From Macrostomum lignano (taxonomy: Eukaryota), in the NCBI GenBank assembly GCA_002269645.1, contig NIVC01001908.1:1-64000 (forward strand): DNA of 64,000 nt, written 5' to 3'. The notes beneath the pieces are model-generated. The model was not told the DNA's origin. It searched no databases and worked only from the letters and a program-made list of their open reading frames with translations. The position numbers were made by a program, and so were the translations under genes. Positions 1 through 12,589 of the stretch are shown in pieces; position 1 is the stretch's first letter; the number at the start of each line of letters is the position of its first letter.

Positions 1-303
1 GATTGAAGAGTGTCAGTGACCTGAAGTGAGAACAGACAAGATTGAGTGTCAGTAACCTGAAGTGAGAACAGACAAGATTCAGTGTCAGTGACCTGAAGTG
101 AGAACAGACAAGATTGAGTGTCAGTGACCTGAAGTGAGAAAAGACAAGATTGAAGGAGTGTCAGTGACCTGAAGTGAGAACAGACAAGATTGAAGAGTGT
201 CAGTGACCTGAAGTGAGAACAGACAAGATTGGGCGTCAGTGACCTGAAGTGAGAACAGACAAGATTGGGCGTCAGTGACCTGAAGTGAGAACAGACAAGA
301 TTG
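1..303. repeat. 36-40 bp minisatellite, about 8 copies, in a PLXDC intron
   Basis: Unit GTGTCAGTGACCTGAAGTGAGAACAGACAAGATTGA. Confidence 0.95.
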
Positions 304-378
304 GGTGTCTATATGCAAAGCACAAGATCAAGAGACCATTTCAGCCCCTCATTACAACAGCAGTCAGAGAGAACTTAC

Positions 379-551
379 AAGAATAGTTTGAGCTCACAAA
401 CAGATTCTCCCAGCGCACCCAGAAGGCGTCCTCAGCTTCGACATACTTGATAGCGGACACGACTTCCTGGTCTCGAAGTCGGCCATCATTGGCGCAATGT
501 ATTGCGAGAAAGTCAAGTAAGGATGCGTCAGATCGTTTACGTAGATGAACC
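379..551 (-). CDS. PLXDC: PLXDC-like protein exon 5, frameshifted (1 nt missing near 460-480)
   Basis: GFIYVNDLTHPYLTFSQYIAPMMADFET matches PLXDC [27 protein letters not shown]. Similarity continues in another frame as EVVSAIKYVEAEDAFWVRWENLFVSSNYS (cf. [20 protein letters not shown]). Donor GTAAGT at 378, alternative GTGAGC at 397. The gene runs off the left end of the window. Confidence 0.85.
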
Positions 552-639
552 CTGCGTGTTGGGGATTGGGCGTGCAACTTTTGATTATTTTTGTTTGATT
601 TATTTCTATTTTCAGACAAAAAAGCGCACAAAGCTTGAT

Positions 640-935
640 TAAATAATAATAATAGCTGATTACACCTGCCCTGACGGCCAGATGAGCAACCGACAGCTCA
701 GCCGCAGCTATTGCGCGGCGCATCTGAAGGCTGCGTACGGCTGTTCAGTCCAAGGACTGGGGGTCGCCACACACACCCTCAATTACCCCAGCTAATGCTG
801 GCACCCATTTTACAGCTGGGTGAACTGAAGCAATGCAGATCGTTAAGTGTTTTGCTCAAGGACACAAACTGTTCCGAGTGGGATCGGGAATCGAACCCCC
901 GACCTTCAAGTCGTGAGTCCGACGCTCACATTAAA
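640..935 (-). mobile_element. tRNA-derived CORE-like SINE in a PLXDC intron
   Basis: The minus strand has a tRNA-like head with B box GGTTCGATTCC (897-887). Plus-strand GTTAAGTGTTTTGCTCAAGGACACA resembles the MIR/CORE motif GTTAAGTGACTTGCCCAAGGTCACA. A (TAT)n tail lies near 641-653. The A box is not evident. Confidence 0.65.
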
Positions 936-1398
936 CAGGGCTGATTAAACAGGTATCAGCAGGTTGATAGATTAAATAAATAAATAGCACAGCCCAGCGA
1001 CTCAGTGGCAATAAAATCAGGCACTAACAATGCGAGGACTACACATACGTATCCGACTGTATATCTATCGCATGAATTATTGCTCAACCCTGAGCTAAAA
1101 CCAATTGGAAAGAGTCGGAATGTCAGGACAGGTGGGTGCACTGTTCAGAAAAAAACATTTATGGCAAAACCTGGGACGCGAAGGGGAGGAAGAGCTGTTA
1201 CAACAGAATGGGGAGCTGCGTACTCCACGCATGTATTCCCAAGCCAGCCAGCCATGCGCAGAGCTGCATCAGTGCAGCTCCCAACAAGCGAGACAATAGT
1301 ACAGCCTTTTCCTTACAGAGGCTGCTACGTTTTTAAGTCCTACGGGGAAAAGCAAACACAATGCGTTGTCATGGCAACCAGTGCCACGCCAGCCTCAC

Positions 1399-1468
1399 CG
1401 CTAGTGGTAAGCACAATCGACTTGACTGAATGGCCGTAGAAGTCGAACGAAAAAACCAGTGGAATTGT
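1399..1468 (-). CDS. PLXDC: PLXDC-like protein exon 4
   Basis: TTTCAG acceptor and GTGAGG donor, 70 nt. TIPLVFSFDFYGHSVKSIVLTTS(G) aligns with PLXDC [22 protein letters not shown]. Confidence 0.9.
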
Positions 1469-1598
1469 CTGAAATACGAGTATTAGCGGCGGGTTTATAG
1501 GGTGGCCGGGTCACTCGGTGCATAGTAGAACCTATTTACCGCACAACTGATTTCCCAACGCAAGACAAAGCTCGAGGTCGAAAAGACCCAAGACTTAC

Positions 1599-1739
1599 CA
1601 ATGCCAGATTTTTTCCATTGTTCAATTTAATATTGGAGCGAATCGAATAAGCTGAGAAGATTCGATCAAACTCGCTGGAATAGTACGTGCTCATGGGGTG
1701 ACTCTTTGCTATAATCATATTGTAGTACACATGGTTATC
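1599..1739 (-). CDS. PLXDC: PLXDC-like protein exon 3
   Basis: TTGCAG acceptor and GTAAGT donor, 141 nt. Reads DNHVYYNMII...NGKNLAL. The junction E|DNHVYY resembles PLXDC1 EDNHSYY. Confidence 0.85.
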
Positions 1740-1831
1740 CTGCAATTGTGTTTTTAGGATAATCTGTTGTACGACTTGCATTCGTGATAATAGCTCGTAT
1801 AGTAGTCATAACTATTTAAACTTAACTTTGC

Positions 1832-2930
1832 CGTCACGCTGTCCATGCATGCTAAAGTGTGTCTGTCCCAAGTCATTTAATTCTAGCTAACTTTTCAGTC
1901 ACGCTGTGCGTCTAAGTCTGCGCTTCAAGGTCATTTAATTCTAGCTAACTTTTCAGTCACGCTGTCCATGCGTGCTAAAGTGAGGCTGCAGCCTTCAAGA
2001 TCATTTAATTCTAGCTAACTTTTCAGTCACGCTGTCCATGCGTGCTAAAGTGAGGCTGCAGCCTTCAAGATCATTTAATTCTAGCTAACTTTTAGTCACG
2101 CTGTCCATGCGTGCTAAAGTGAGGCTGCAGCCTTCAAGATCATTTAATTCTAGCTAACTTTTCAGTCACGCTGTCCATGCGTGCTAAAGTGAGGCTGCAG
2201 CCTTCAAGGTCATTTAATTCTAGCTAACTTTTCAGTCACGCTGTCCATGCGTGCTAAAGTGAGGCTGCAGCCTTCAAGGTCATTTAATTCTAGCTAACTT
2301 TTCAGTCACGCTGTCCATGCGTGCTAAAGTGAGGCTGCAGCCTTCAAGGTCATTTAATTCTAGCTAACTTTTCAGTCACGCTGTCCATGCGTGCTAAAGT
2401 GAGGCTGCAGCCTTCAAGATCATTTAATTCTAGCTAACTTTGTAGTCACGCTGTCCATGCGTGCTAAAGTGAGGCTGCAGCCTTCAAAGTCATTTAATTC
2501 TAGTTAACTTTTCAGTCACGCTGTCCATGCGTGCTAAAGTGAGGCTGCAGCCTTCAAGATCATTTAATTCTAGCTAATTTTGTAGTCACGCTGTCCATGC
2601 ATGCTAAAGTGTGTCTGTCGCCCAAGGTCATTTAATTCTAGTTAACTTTTCAGTCACGCTGTCCATTCGTGCTAAAGTGAGGCTGCAGCCTTCAAGATCA
2701 TTTAATTCTAGCTAACTTTGTAGTCACGCTGTCCATGTATGTTAAACTGTGACTGTAGCCCAATGTCATTTAATTCTAGTTACCTTTTCAGTCACGCTGT
2801 CCATGCACGCTACATTGCGACTGTAGCCCAAGGTCATTTAATTTCTAGTTAACTTTTCAGTAACGCTGTCCATGCACGCTACATTGCGACTGTAGCCCCA
2901 AGGTCATTTAATTCTATTTAACTCTAGTTC
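1832..2930. repeat. 70-bp minisatellite, about 15 copies, in PLXDC intron 2
   Basis: Unit TTCAGTCACGCTGTCCATGCGTGCTAAAGTGAGGCTGCAGCCTTCAAGGTCATTTAATTCTAGCTAACTT; starts at 2161 and 2231 give the period. Confidence 0.95.
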
Positions 2931-3114
2931 ATGCATATTCGGGGTAGCGCCCTCCAAGGTTATTTAACAGTAGTTTGTTTGGCTATTGCAAACACAGTCG
3001 AGCTGCATGTTTTGGACTTTTGATGGCATGACTGTTAAAAAAATTTTATGGCTTAATTACGAGCATCGGTTGCTTGGAACAACTACAAATGACAATAATA
3101 GATAGCAAAGTTAC

Positions 3115-3248
3115 CTCGGACAAGTCGGGCTCCCCGGAGTCGGATGTGTCTCGTCGAACAATACCATGCTCAAGGGTTGGTCGGTCCAACAGGCGGATAG
3201 TCGAAGTTACCGGCTTGTTAGCTGACTCGAATTCGAACACTTCGCCTT
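3115..3248 (-). CDS. PLXDC: PLXDC-like protein exon 2
   Basis: AG acceptor at 3250-3249 in phase 1. Reads (E)GEVFEFESANKPVTSTIRLLDRPTLEHGIVRRDTSDSGEPDLSE, then a GTAACT donor in phase 0. Phases fit both neighbouring exons. Confidence 0.7.
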
Positions 3249-4094
3249 CTTGAGTTTTACGTGGAATAGGCGGAATAGAGAGTGAAAGCGTGTAGATGCA
3301 AAACTGATGCTAGAAATCCGTTAAATGAAGTTAGCCTTCCAACTAATGAGATCTCCACTCATTGAATTATTAGTTTCCATCTCTGACTTTGAACTCCCCA
3401 CCTTCCAACTTTGAGTTAAGCACTTCAGACTTCAAGTTCTCTAATTCAGAATATGTGGAGGAATTCCATATCTCTAAATTTCAGCTTCCACTGCTAAAAT
3501 TGAAGTCTTTGTGACTCCCATAGATATTTTGAACTTCTCTAAAACTAAGGATAATGACAGGAGTTTCTAAATTAAATACTCAGGTAACAATTATTATATG
3601 CTAAATATTTTAAAATTCCTATAATCTTGAATTAAAAAATAAAAGTTCAAATCTAAAATTATTAAAGATATAAGCAGATAAGTGAAATTTTACATGCATT
3701 TGTTTTTCATCAAAATATTAAAAGAAGAGAGAAATTCTGTTTATATTTGTTGTGGTATTTGTATTTAAAACACTGGATTTAAAGTTTGTGGTATGCTTAA
3801 AATAAAAAAAAAATTTCTAAGATAAAAGCATTTTTAGGCTTATTTTGTGTTAATGTTTATGTTTAACAAGTCTAAAAGCAGAATTCACTCTGAGACAAAA
3901 GCAACTTCTTCTTAATAGAAACTGATTCCTTTTAAAAAATGAGTACAAAAATCAGTGTACTGTAAGTTTTGTTATGAATTAGAGCATTTGGAATACTATA
4001 GGCGCGATGCATCATGCCTAAAAATAGCTAAATCGAACTGATCAGATAAGGTCAAGGAGGCTGAGAGATTTTAAAATTAAATTTGGACGCTTAC

Positions 4095-4200
4095 CATCTT
4101 TAATAACTTGAGTGGGGTTAATCTCAGACAGCCCAACTGCAGAATGTAAAAGGACAAGGACAAAAGTCCCTATTGTCCATAAAATTGTACTTATTGTCAT
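4095..4200 (-). CDS. PLXDC: PLXDC-like protein exon 1 (signal peptide)
   Basis: ATG at 4200 reads MTISTILWTIGTFVLVLLHSAVGLSEINPTQVIKD, a hydrophobic signal-like N-terminus. Ends at a GTAAGC donor in phase 1 (106 nt). Confidence 0.7.
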
Positions 4201-6319
4201 TGATAATACATTTACCAGTAAAAATAATCAAAGAAATTGATATTTAGCACAATCCTTGTTCAAGGCTATTTTCCTTGATCGTTTTAAAGTTATTTTACTT
4301 TACTTTTAGACGTTTAAAGTTTGAGACGTTACGGCCGCTCGCTCGTTGATCATCTTAAACAATCAGTGTAAGATTTAAAACGATGCAAATTAATGTTTCG
4401 TGGTTTTTACTTGTTTAAACAAAGCAAAATAACCAAAATAATTGGTTTTACTACCAATTTCAACAAAATACACTTTGAAAGGTAATTTTTTTTACTTTTA
4501 GCAATTATTTTAACATTAAATTACCCAGTCCTTGAAATTAACGAAAAACACTAGTTATAGCATGAAATTAACAAGGAATTAAATTATGCCCCTGGAACAC
4601 TTTCCAAAAGCTTTTTACTTTTAATACTTCGTTTTTTTGTTAAAATATTTTTCCCAATTCTGTCATTATCCTGACTCCACTTACTCAGCTGGCTTTTTCA
4701 ACTTCTTTCGAATTCGATTTCGGTTTCTTTCGAATTTTTTTCGCTATTGCTTTTATTTATATAACTTGTTATTGTTATTATTTCCTTCTCAAAAATTTTT
4801 TTTCTTGCTACACGTTTGCTTTTGCATATTATAATTTGAATTGAATTGAACGGCCGCTTTTCTGTTTTGTTCAGAAATTCATCATCGGGGACATTTGTCC
4901 CAATTGGTGTTATAATTCGTCGTTTTCGCTTTGAGTGAATGTATATTAAAAAATCAATTTAATTGGATCTTTTAATATCGAATATTTTTGTAGCTCTGTG
5001 CGAGCGCTTCATACGTTTTTGTTTTAATTTCTGTCACGTGATTCTCATCAAAAGATTTAATTTCCGTTGCTACAGACATAAATGAACATTTATGCGAGGA
5101 CATGTACTCCTCGTATTGGAATACCTGTGCAACAGTGTCTAAATATCATCAGAACTATATTTTAATTGACTTCCATTCCAAAAGATAAAAATCCTATCCA
5201 GTGCCTTTTACTCGCGATCTCGATGGCTAATTAATCTATCATACATGTAACTGCGTTATTACATATTTTACTGCGCTTTAATTAGAGATTCTCAAGCGCT
5301 TTACAGTGTATACCTGAATAGTCAGCAGGCATATTTAAGGATATAAATCTTATCGCTTCATGCACCTGCCCTGAAACCCCCATCCAGCTTCACACACTGC
5401 TGATTCCCCTGAAAATCCACCTTTTCTTTCCCGATCGTCACGGCCTCATTTCGCGGAGCACTTGAATCGAGGGCCTAGAATATGGTCCTCATATTTGCCG
5501 GGTGAAAAATGTGGGATAGAAGGAATAAATTCGTACCATATTTCTGAGCATTTCTAACTTAAGAGCCCTTCTGCAGAAACCTCGCTTTGACGAGCACACA
5601 GCGTATGCAACAGACTGGAGGTGGGGGGAGGGGCGACCCTGATGGCACCGGCTGCAGGAAATGAGGCCAGAGGGGGGAGTCGAGAATGCCTCTGCTACAG
5701 CATTCTCCATCAGGCCAAATGTAGCCATATCCATGCAGCTCTCAGTCCCTTCTCTCCCTTCTCCCCTCTCTCTAGTTTTTCTCATTCCACGTGGGCCCCG
5801 TGGTCTGCTTTGCCAGCTGCTTTATCGCTTAAAAAAGAGATGGAGGAGAAACAGGGAAGAGAGAGAGAGCTAGGCTTGCGCGCGCGCAGTTCTCCCTGAA
5901 GACTTATCTTAGCGGCCAGCCATGCCACCTCTGTTTACAAATGGGCTCCCTCCTAAGCCGTCTCTCTCTCTCTCTCTCTCTCTCTTCTATCTTTCCGTTC
6001 CCCTCCCAGTCTCCGCCCTCAGACAGCCAGGCGGCTCTGGTCTCTGGGGTGGACCGGATGGGAATGGGAACAGCAAGCTAGCGAGGCAAGTAGGGAAAAT
6101 CCCTTTTTCATCCCCGGTCTATTCGTCTTATCTTTCGGCTGTTTCCCGTCTCGCCTGAAACCGCGCTTCTCTCCCACCCTGCTAAACCGGGAAAGCACGC
6201 AGGCTGTTGCAAATCTTGCACAGATCTCAGACTCCTTTTTAAGTGTTAGCCCTTAATACCTTTTTTGCGCCGCTATGCGCATAGTTTTGCATTGGTACAA
6301 GCTTAATTATGGGATTTAT

Positions 6320-6875
6320 CAGGTGTCATTTTTGGCGCCAATTGTGGCTTATCATCATTTTTTGGCGCCAAAGTGGCTTATTATCATTTTTGGTGACAAT
6401 GCGGCTTATCATCATTTTTGGCGCCGATGTGGCTTATCATCATTTTGGCACCAATTGAGCTTATCATCATTTTTGGCGCCGATCGAGCTTATCATCATTT
6501 TTGGCGCCAATTGAGCTTACCATCATTTTTGGCACCAATGTTGCTTATCATCATTTTTGGCGCCGATCAGCTTATCATCATTTTTGGCGCCGATGTGGCT
6601 TATCATCATTTTGGCGCCAATTGAGCTTATCATCATTTTTGGCGCCGATGTGGCTTATCATCATTTTGGCGCCAATTGAGCTTATCATCATTTTTGGCGC
6701 CGATGTGGCTTATCATCATTTCGGCGCCGATCGAGCTTATCATCATTTTTGGCGCCGATGTGGCTTATCATCATTTTGGCGCCAATTGAGCTTATCATCA
6801 TTTTTGGCGCCGATCGAGCTTATCATCATTTTTGGCACCGATCGAGCTCATCATCATTTTCGGCGCCGATCGAGC
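6320..6875. repeat. About 28-bp minisatellite
   Basis: TTATCATCATTTTTGGCGCC followed by AATTGAGC, GATGTGGC or GATCGAGC. Confidence 0.95.
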
Positions 6876-7371
6876 TCAGCTCCACTGCACCCAATGCCAA
6901 GAAGCCAAAAAGCCGCCTCTTGACGAGAGCGGAGTCCGGCTGGCAGAGCAGAAAAGATTTGGCAAGGAAAGGGCTGCGGCTAAAACTGGGACTCTCTCCG
7001 GAAATCAATTTTGTAGGCGCCTTAAAAATCCGAGGGGGTGGCTTTAGAGGATGGGTGGGTGGTTTCTGACTGTGCCGACGACTTGACTCGACACTAAGCG
7101 AAGCCATTAGTAGCATGGGGGCACTCAATCCTGCTTCCTTTCTAGCAATATGCGACTCAGAAATTGTATTGATCCCCCGACTCGCATCTGCTCCCTGCTT
7201 TTCAACCGTGCTCAAAATTGTCACCAAAAGGAGAGCTGCTAATTTTGTAAGTCCTTGTTCCTCTCTCCGCTAAGGAATATTCCTTCTGTCACTGACTACC
7301 TGCTCAATTTCGGCTTAGACTAATATCCACTCCACTCCTCTCCGCTCAATTTGTTTCCTCTGGTCTCTTCT

Positions 7372-7586
7372 CACTCTCCCAGTGTCACTCTCCCAGTGTC
7401 ACTCTCCCAGTGTCACTCTCCCAGTGTCACTCTCCCAGTGTCACTCTCCCAGTGTCACTCTCCCAGTGTCACTCTCCCAGTGTCACTCTCCCAGTGTCAC
7501 TCTTCCAGTGTCACTCTCCCAGTGTCACTCTTCCAGTGTCACTCTCCCAGTGTCACTCTCCCAGTGTCACTCTCCCAGTGTCACTC
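7372..7586. repeat. 14-bp minisatellite
   Basis: (CACTCTCCCAGTGT)n, related to the 16-mer arrays at 9.3 and 12.6 kb. Confidence 0.95.
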
Positions 7587-7989
7587 CCTCTCTCTTTCGT
7601 CTCACTCTGAACTGAAATAGTGTAACAGCAGTATTCAGGTGCGCAGAATGTATAGAAGTATTTTTATTGTCATTTCCGTTACACATAACCCAGCAGTCAA
7701 ATGAATTTTCTATGCCCCCCTCCAGAAACCGGCGCCACCTGTCAGGATGACTCACCGATCCTGCAGCCCGAGGCCAGGGAGGGGGACACACGCAGGTCCC
7801 GCTCTGTCCCTTCATCCGTTTGCCAGTTCATTCAGTAGCTACAATGCAGTTATTCTTTTGCCATTTTCCTGCTGAAAGATGTACGTCGTATGTTTCAAAA
7901 AAGCAACAGAGTCAAAAAGAGACCACAGGGCTGAATCAGAGCATGAACTCACGCTTGTACTCGCTGATGGAGCCAGTTGGGAATTACTC

Positions 7990-8545
7990 CAAAATATTCA
8001 GGACCTCAGTCTACAGATATTCCCAGATATTTAGGACCTCAGTCTACAGATATTCCCAGATATTAAGGACCTCAGGCCACAGACATTCCCAGATATTCAG
8101 GACCTCAGTCGAGAGACACTCCCAGATATTCAGGACCTCAGGCCACAGACACTCCTAGATATTCATGACGTCAGGCCACAGACACCCAGATATTCAGGAC
8201 CTCACTCCACAGGCACTCCCAGATATTCAGGACCTCAGTTGAAAGACACCTCAAATATTCAGGACCTCAGGCCACAGACACCTCAGATATTCAGGACCTC
8301 AGTTTAAAGACACCTCAGATATTCAGGACCTCAGTCTACAGACGCTCCCAGATATTCAGGACCTCAGGCCACAGACACTCCCAGATATTCAGGACCTCAC
8401 TCCATAGGCACTCCCAGATATTCAGGACCTCAGTTTAAAGACACCTCACATATAGTCAGGACCTCAGTCCACAGACACCTTAAATATTCAGGACCTCAGG
8501 AGGCCACAGACACTCCCAGATATTCAGGGCCTCAGGCCACAGACC
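7990..8545. repeat. About 33-bp minisatellite, resuming at 9095-9255
   Basis: Unit CCCAGATATTCAGGACCTCAGGCCACAGACACT and variants. Confidence 0.9.
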
Positions 8546-9267
8546 TACAGCATCCCCGTCTAAAACCAATCACCTCCTGTCTCCAGCCAATGCCAAGGTG
8601 CAGGCTGAAGGCTTGACATTTTCGAATCCCACAGCGCAAGCTGCACTGCAATACACCAGGCTTGCTTCATTCCTTCTCTCTCCTATCTCCATGTTCCAAC
8701 CCCCCCCCCCCTACCTGAATTTGGTTCGAATTTTCCTCGGATTAAAGCTGATGGCTAAGGGGTTTACAGGAAATCAGATTATGAACAGTTGGGCCCGGCT
8801 ATTTGGGATGGGGGACGGGTTGGGGGATTATTTTTTGACATTTGATTCCCCTGCCTGATCCACCGAGCCTCGTCATGGGCGGTGACACTGACTTCCGCTT
8901 GGGGCTTCTTGGCGAGATGGGGTGGGGCAGCCCTCGCGAGTCAGCAAGCTGTAATAGCCGCTGTGACTCGTTGTAGGATGACGCTCGCGTCTGCAGAGCG
9001 AACTGCTAAATTATTGCGCTTACATTGAGTTGATGGGCCACTGCTCAGGGATGCACTCTGGTGTTCAGGGCCTCGATCCCACACATTGAAAGCTGATATT
9101 CACCACCTCAGTTCATAGACAACTCAGATATTCAGGACCTCAGTTCAAAGACACCACAGTTTCAGGACCTCAGTTCATAGACACCTCAGATATTCAGGAC
9201 CTCAGTTCAAAGACACCACAGATATTCAGGACCTCAGTTCAAAGACACCTCACCTCAAAGACACCTC

Positions 9268-9723
9268 TCCCTCTGTCTCACTCTCCCTGTGTCTCACTCT
9301 CCCCCTCTGTCTCACTCTCCCTCTGTTTCACCCTCCCTCTGTCTCACTCTCCCTGTTTCTCCCTCTCCCTGTATTTCACTCTCCCTGTTTCTCACTCTCC
9401 CTGCATTTCACTCTCCCTGTGTCTCACTCTCCCTCTGTCTCACCCTCCCTCTGTCTTACTCTACCTGTATCTCACTCTCCCTGTGTCTCACTCTCCCTCT
9501 GTCTCACTCTCCCTGTGTCCCCCTCTCCTAATATCTCACTCTCCCTGTGTCCCCCTCTTCTAATATCTTACTCTCCCTCTGTTTCCCCCTCCCTCTGTCT
9601 CACTCTCCCTGTGTCTCACTCTTCCTCTGTCTCACTCTCCCTGTGTCTCACTCTCCCTGTGTCTCACTCTCCCTGTGTCTCACTCTCCCTGTGTCTCACT
9701 CTCCCTGTGTCTCACTCTCCCCG

Positions 9724-9789
<66 letters not shown>
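9268..9789. repeat. 16-bp minisatellite followed by about (CT)30
   Basis: (TCTCACTCTCCCTGTG)n, then (CT)n from about 9730. Confidence 0.95.
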
Positions 9790-9793
<4 letters not shown>

Positions 9794-10635
9794 CATCTTC
9801 TCCCAGCGACTCCTTGCGAGACTTCAGATTCTATTCCAATCAATAAATTTGTTTGTTTTCAAATTCGTTCGGAAACTCCCCAGCCGGACCCATCGAATCA
9901 AGCAGCTGCCCGTCTGTCAGGACTGCTCAGGGGGCCCCGGCCTTCGCAGCTGCACCGGTGGCTAATCAAATTAAGGAAAGTCACTTGACTGACCCTTGTC
10001 TCCTCTTTTTCTTTCGGCTTTCCCTTTCTCCTGATGAGTTAATCACATTTTCTCCGGACAGCGAGAATCCTATCTTCATCAAGCAGGCGATCCCAGCTTC
10101 CTGCCTCAGAGTTAGCAGTGCTAAGAAGTAGCCGGTCGCGGGTTCGTTTCAGTTCACACAAACAGCAAGGATTTCACACAAACCTGAGTCATTCGCTACT
10201 ATAGTAATATAATACTTTTACTGCTGCACAATGATCTTAATTGTCTGCATTTTGAACATTCATAAAAAGAGGTGAAAAGCGGTTATGCGGTTTCTCAGAG
10301 GAGTTCGCGTCATAAATCAATCCAGCTACTCCCACCTGTCCTCGGGCCATCCGGTGCAATAAAAATATTGTTTTACTAGAAGCGCATTGTACTTTCAGAC
10401 ATTTTACAAGGCGATTGCTGGAACTTCTCTCGCCGGCAGCTGACAGATTCGGTTCGACTCTGTCGATTCGCGCGCGGAATTCCGAAGCCGGAAGCCGCAG
10501 AATCGATTTTAGCCGGCTTCCCGCGCCCGGCTTTGGCAGCTGGAGAGCTGGTTGGGGGATCAGTGGCATTCCTGGGGAACTTCGATGACGGGGCCTGGCA
10601 TGGGGCCAATGCATCGGCACACAGGCGCTGGCGCT

Positions 10636-11460
<825 letters not shown>

Positions 11461-12589
11461 TTCCAATCCAAGCTCAGAAAATTGATGGGGAAATCCGAAG
11501 AGGTGAGGAAGCGGCCGCAGTTTCAGCAGTTCCGTCACGCCACCCGGCCTTCATTAGCAGGCAGCGGCTCCGGTACTCTCGGGTTGCACTCTGCTCAGGA
11601 AAATACGGTGGTGACAGAAGCTGGGGGGTGGTAAACGGGGGCGAATGCGGACTCAAATTGAAGCCTAAATCTGTACAGAGAAGTCAGCTTCAATCACGCT
11701 AACAGATTTATATTATCTTGTCTAATCGGAAATTCGAGGCATTTGAATCCTATTTGTGTCTCTTGTTTCGAGTCCTGCTCCCCGAGACTCATGATGAATT
11801 TCCGTGAAATTTCTGAGGCCAAGATATTAAATCATTGAAAAGCCCAGACAGTCTGCTCAAATACAAAAATCGAACGCAACCACCATCAACCCCCCCCCGC
11901 GCCCGTCATCAGGCTGTCAGCGAATTCAGCTTGCTCAAAGTTGCGATTCCTGCATGCAGTTTGTGTTCACGGCCGCCTGTCTCTTTCCTTGGCTCTCCTG
12001 TATTGATTTTCGCATAAGCAGGGGCCGGAGCGGGAGCAGAGTGACTGAGCGAGAGAGACAGGCACACAGTGAAGCTGGATATCGGCGAATGTCTGCCCTG
12101 TTTATTTCGGCTGGGGGCATTCTGGGACGAATATGCGACTAGCTGTCGGACCGACAGGAAGCTGCGGGACCGGCAGAAACCCGCCATCAACCCAACTGCT
12201 GTGCGCGGCCGGTGCAGGGCGGGGGCTGAAGCCCCCCCCCTGTCAGTGACCCCCCGTTGGGGAGAGGAGCGCCGTCTGGCTTCATCTAGCTATAGCTCTC
12301 TTCTCCCCGATCCCCCAGAGCGGCAGAGTTTATTTGCCCAGTGTCAGCTTCCCAGCTTGCCTCATCCTTTCTTGCCCTGCGTGACATGGGGAAGGTGGAT
12401 CTGCTGCGAGAGCCTCGTCCTGGGGAGGGGAGGGCGTTTACCAAAAATCTACGAAAATGGGAAAAGGGGAGAGTTTTACAAGCCAAGGCGGGATTCCGGA
12501 GGGCGGCGAAATGGGGATTTTGATGCGGTGAACTAGCTGAGGTGATGATGCCGAGTCAGTCTCAGTTTGATCACAATGAAACAGCTGTG

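Noticed and set aside
400-644. Plus-strand two-exon reading ILPAHPEG...SAQSLIK
   Set aside because: It is the antisense of the PLXDC exon, which has clear homology.
664-723. MRRAIAAAELSVAHLAVRAG as the missing PLXDC exon
   Set aside because: It lies inside the SINE body; the exon at 1468-1399 aligns far better.
1370-1405. Hairpin plus CTAG resembling a Helitron 3' end
   Set aside because: The sequence overlaps the PLXDC exon 4 donor and the hairpin is only 4 bp.
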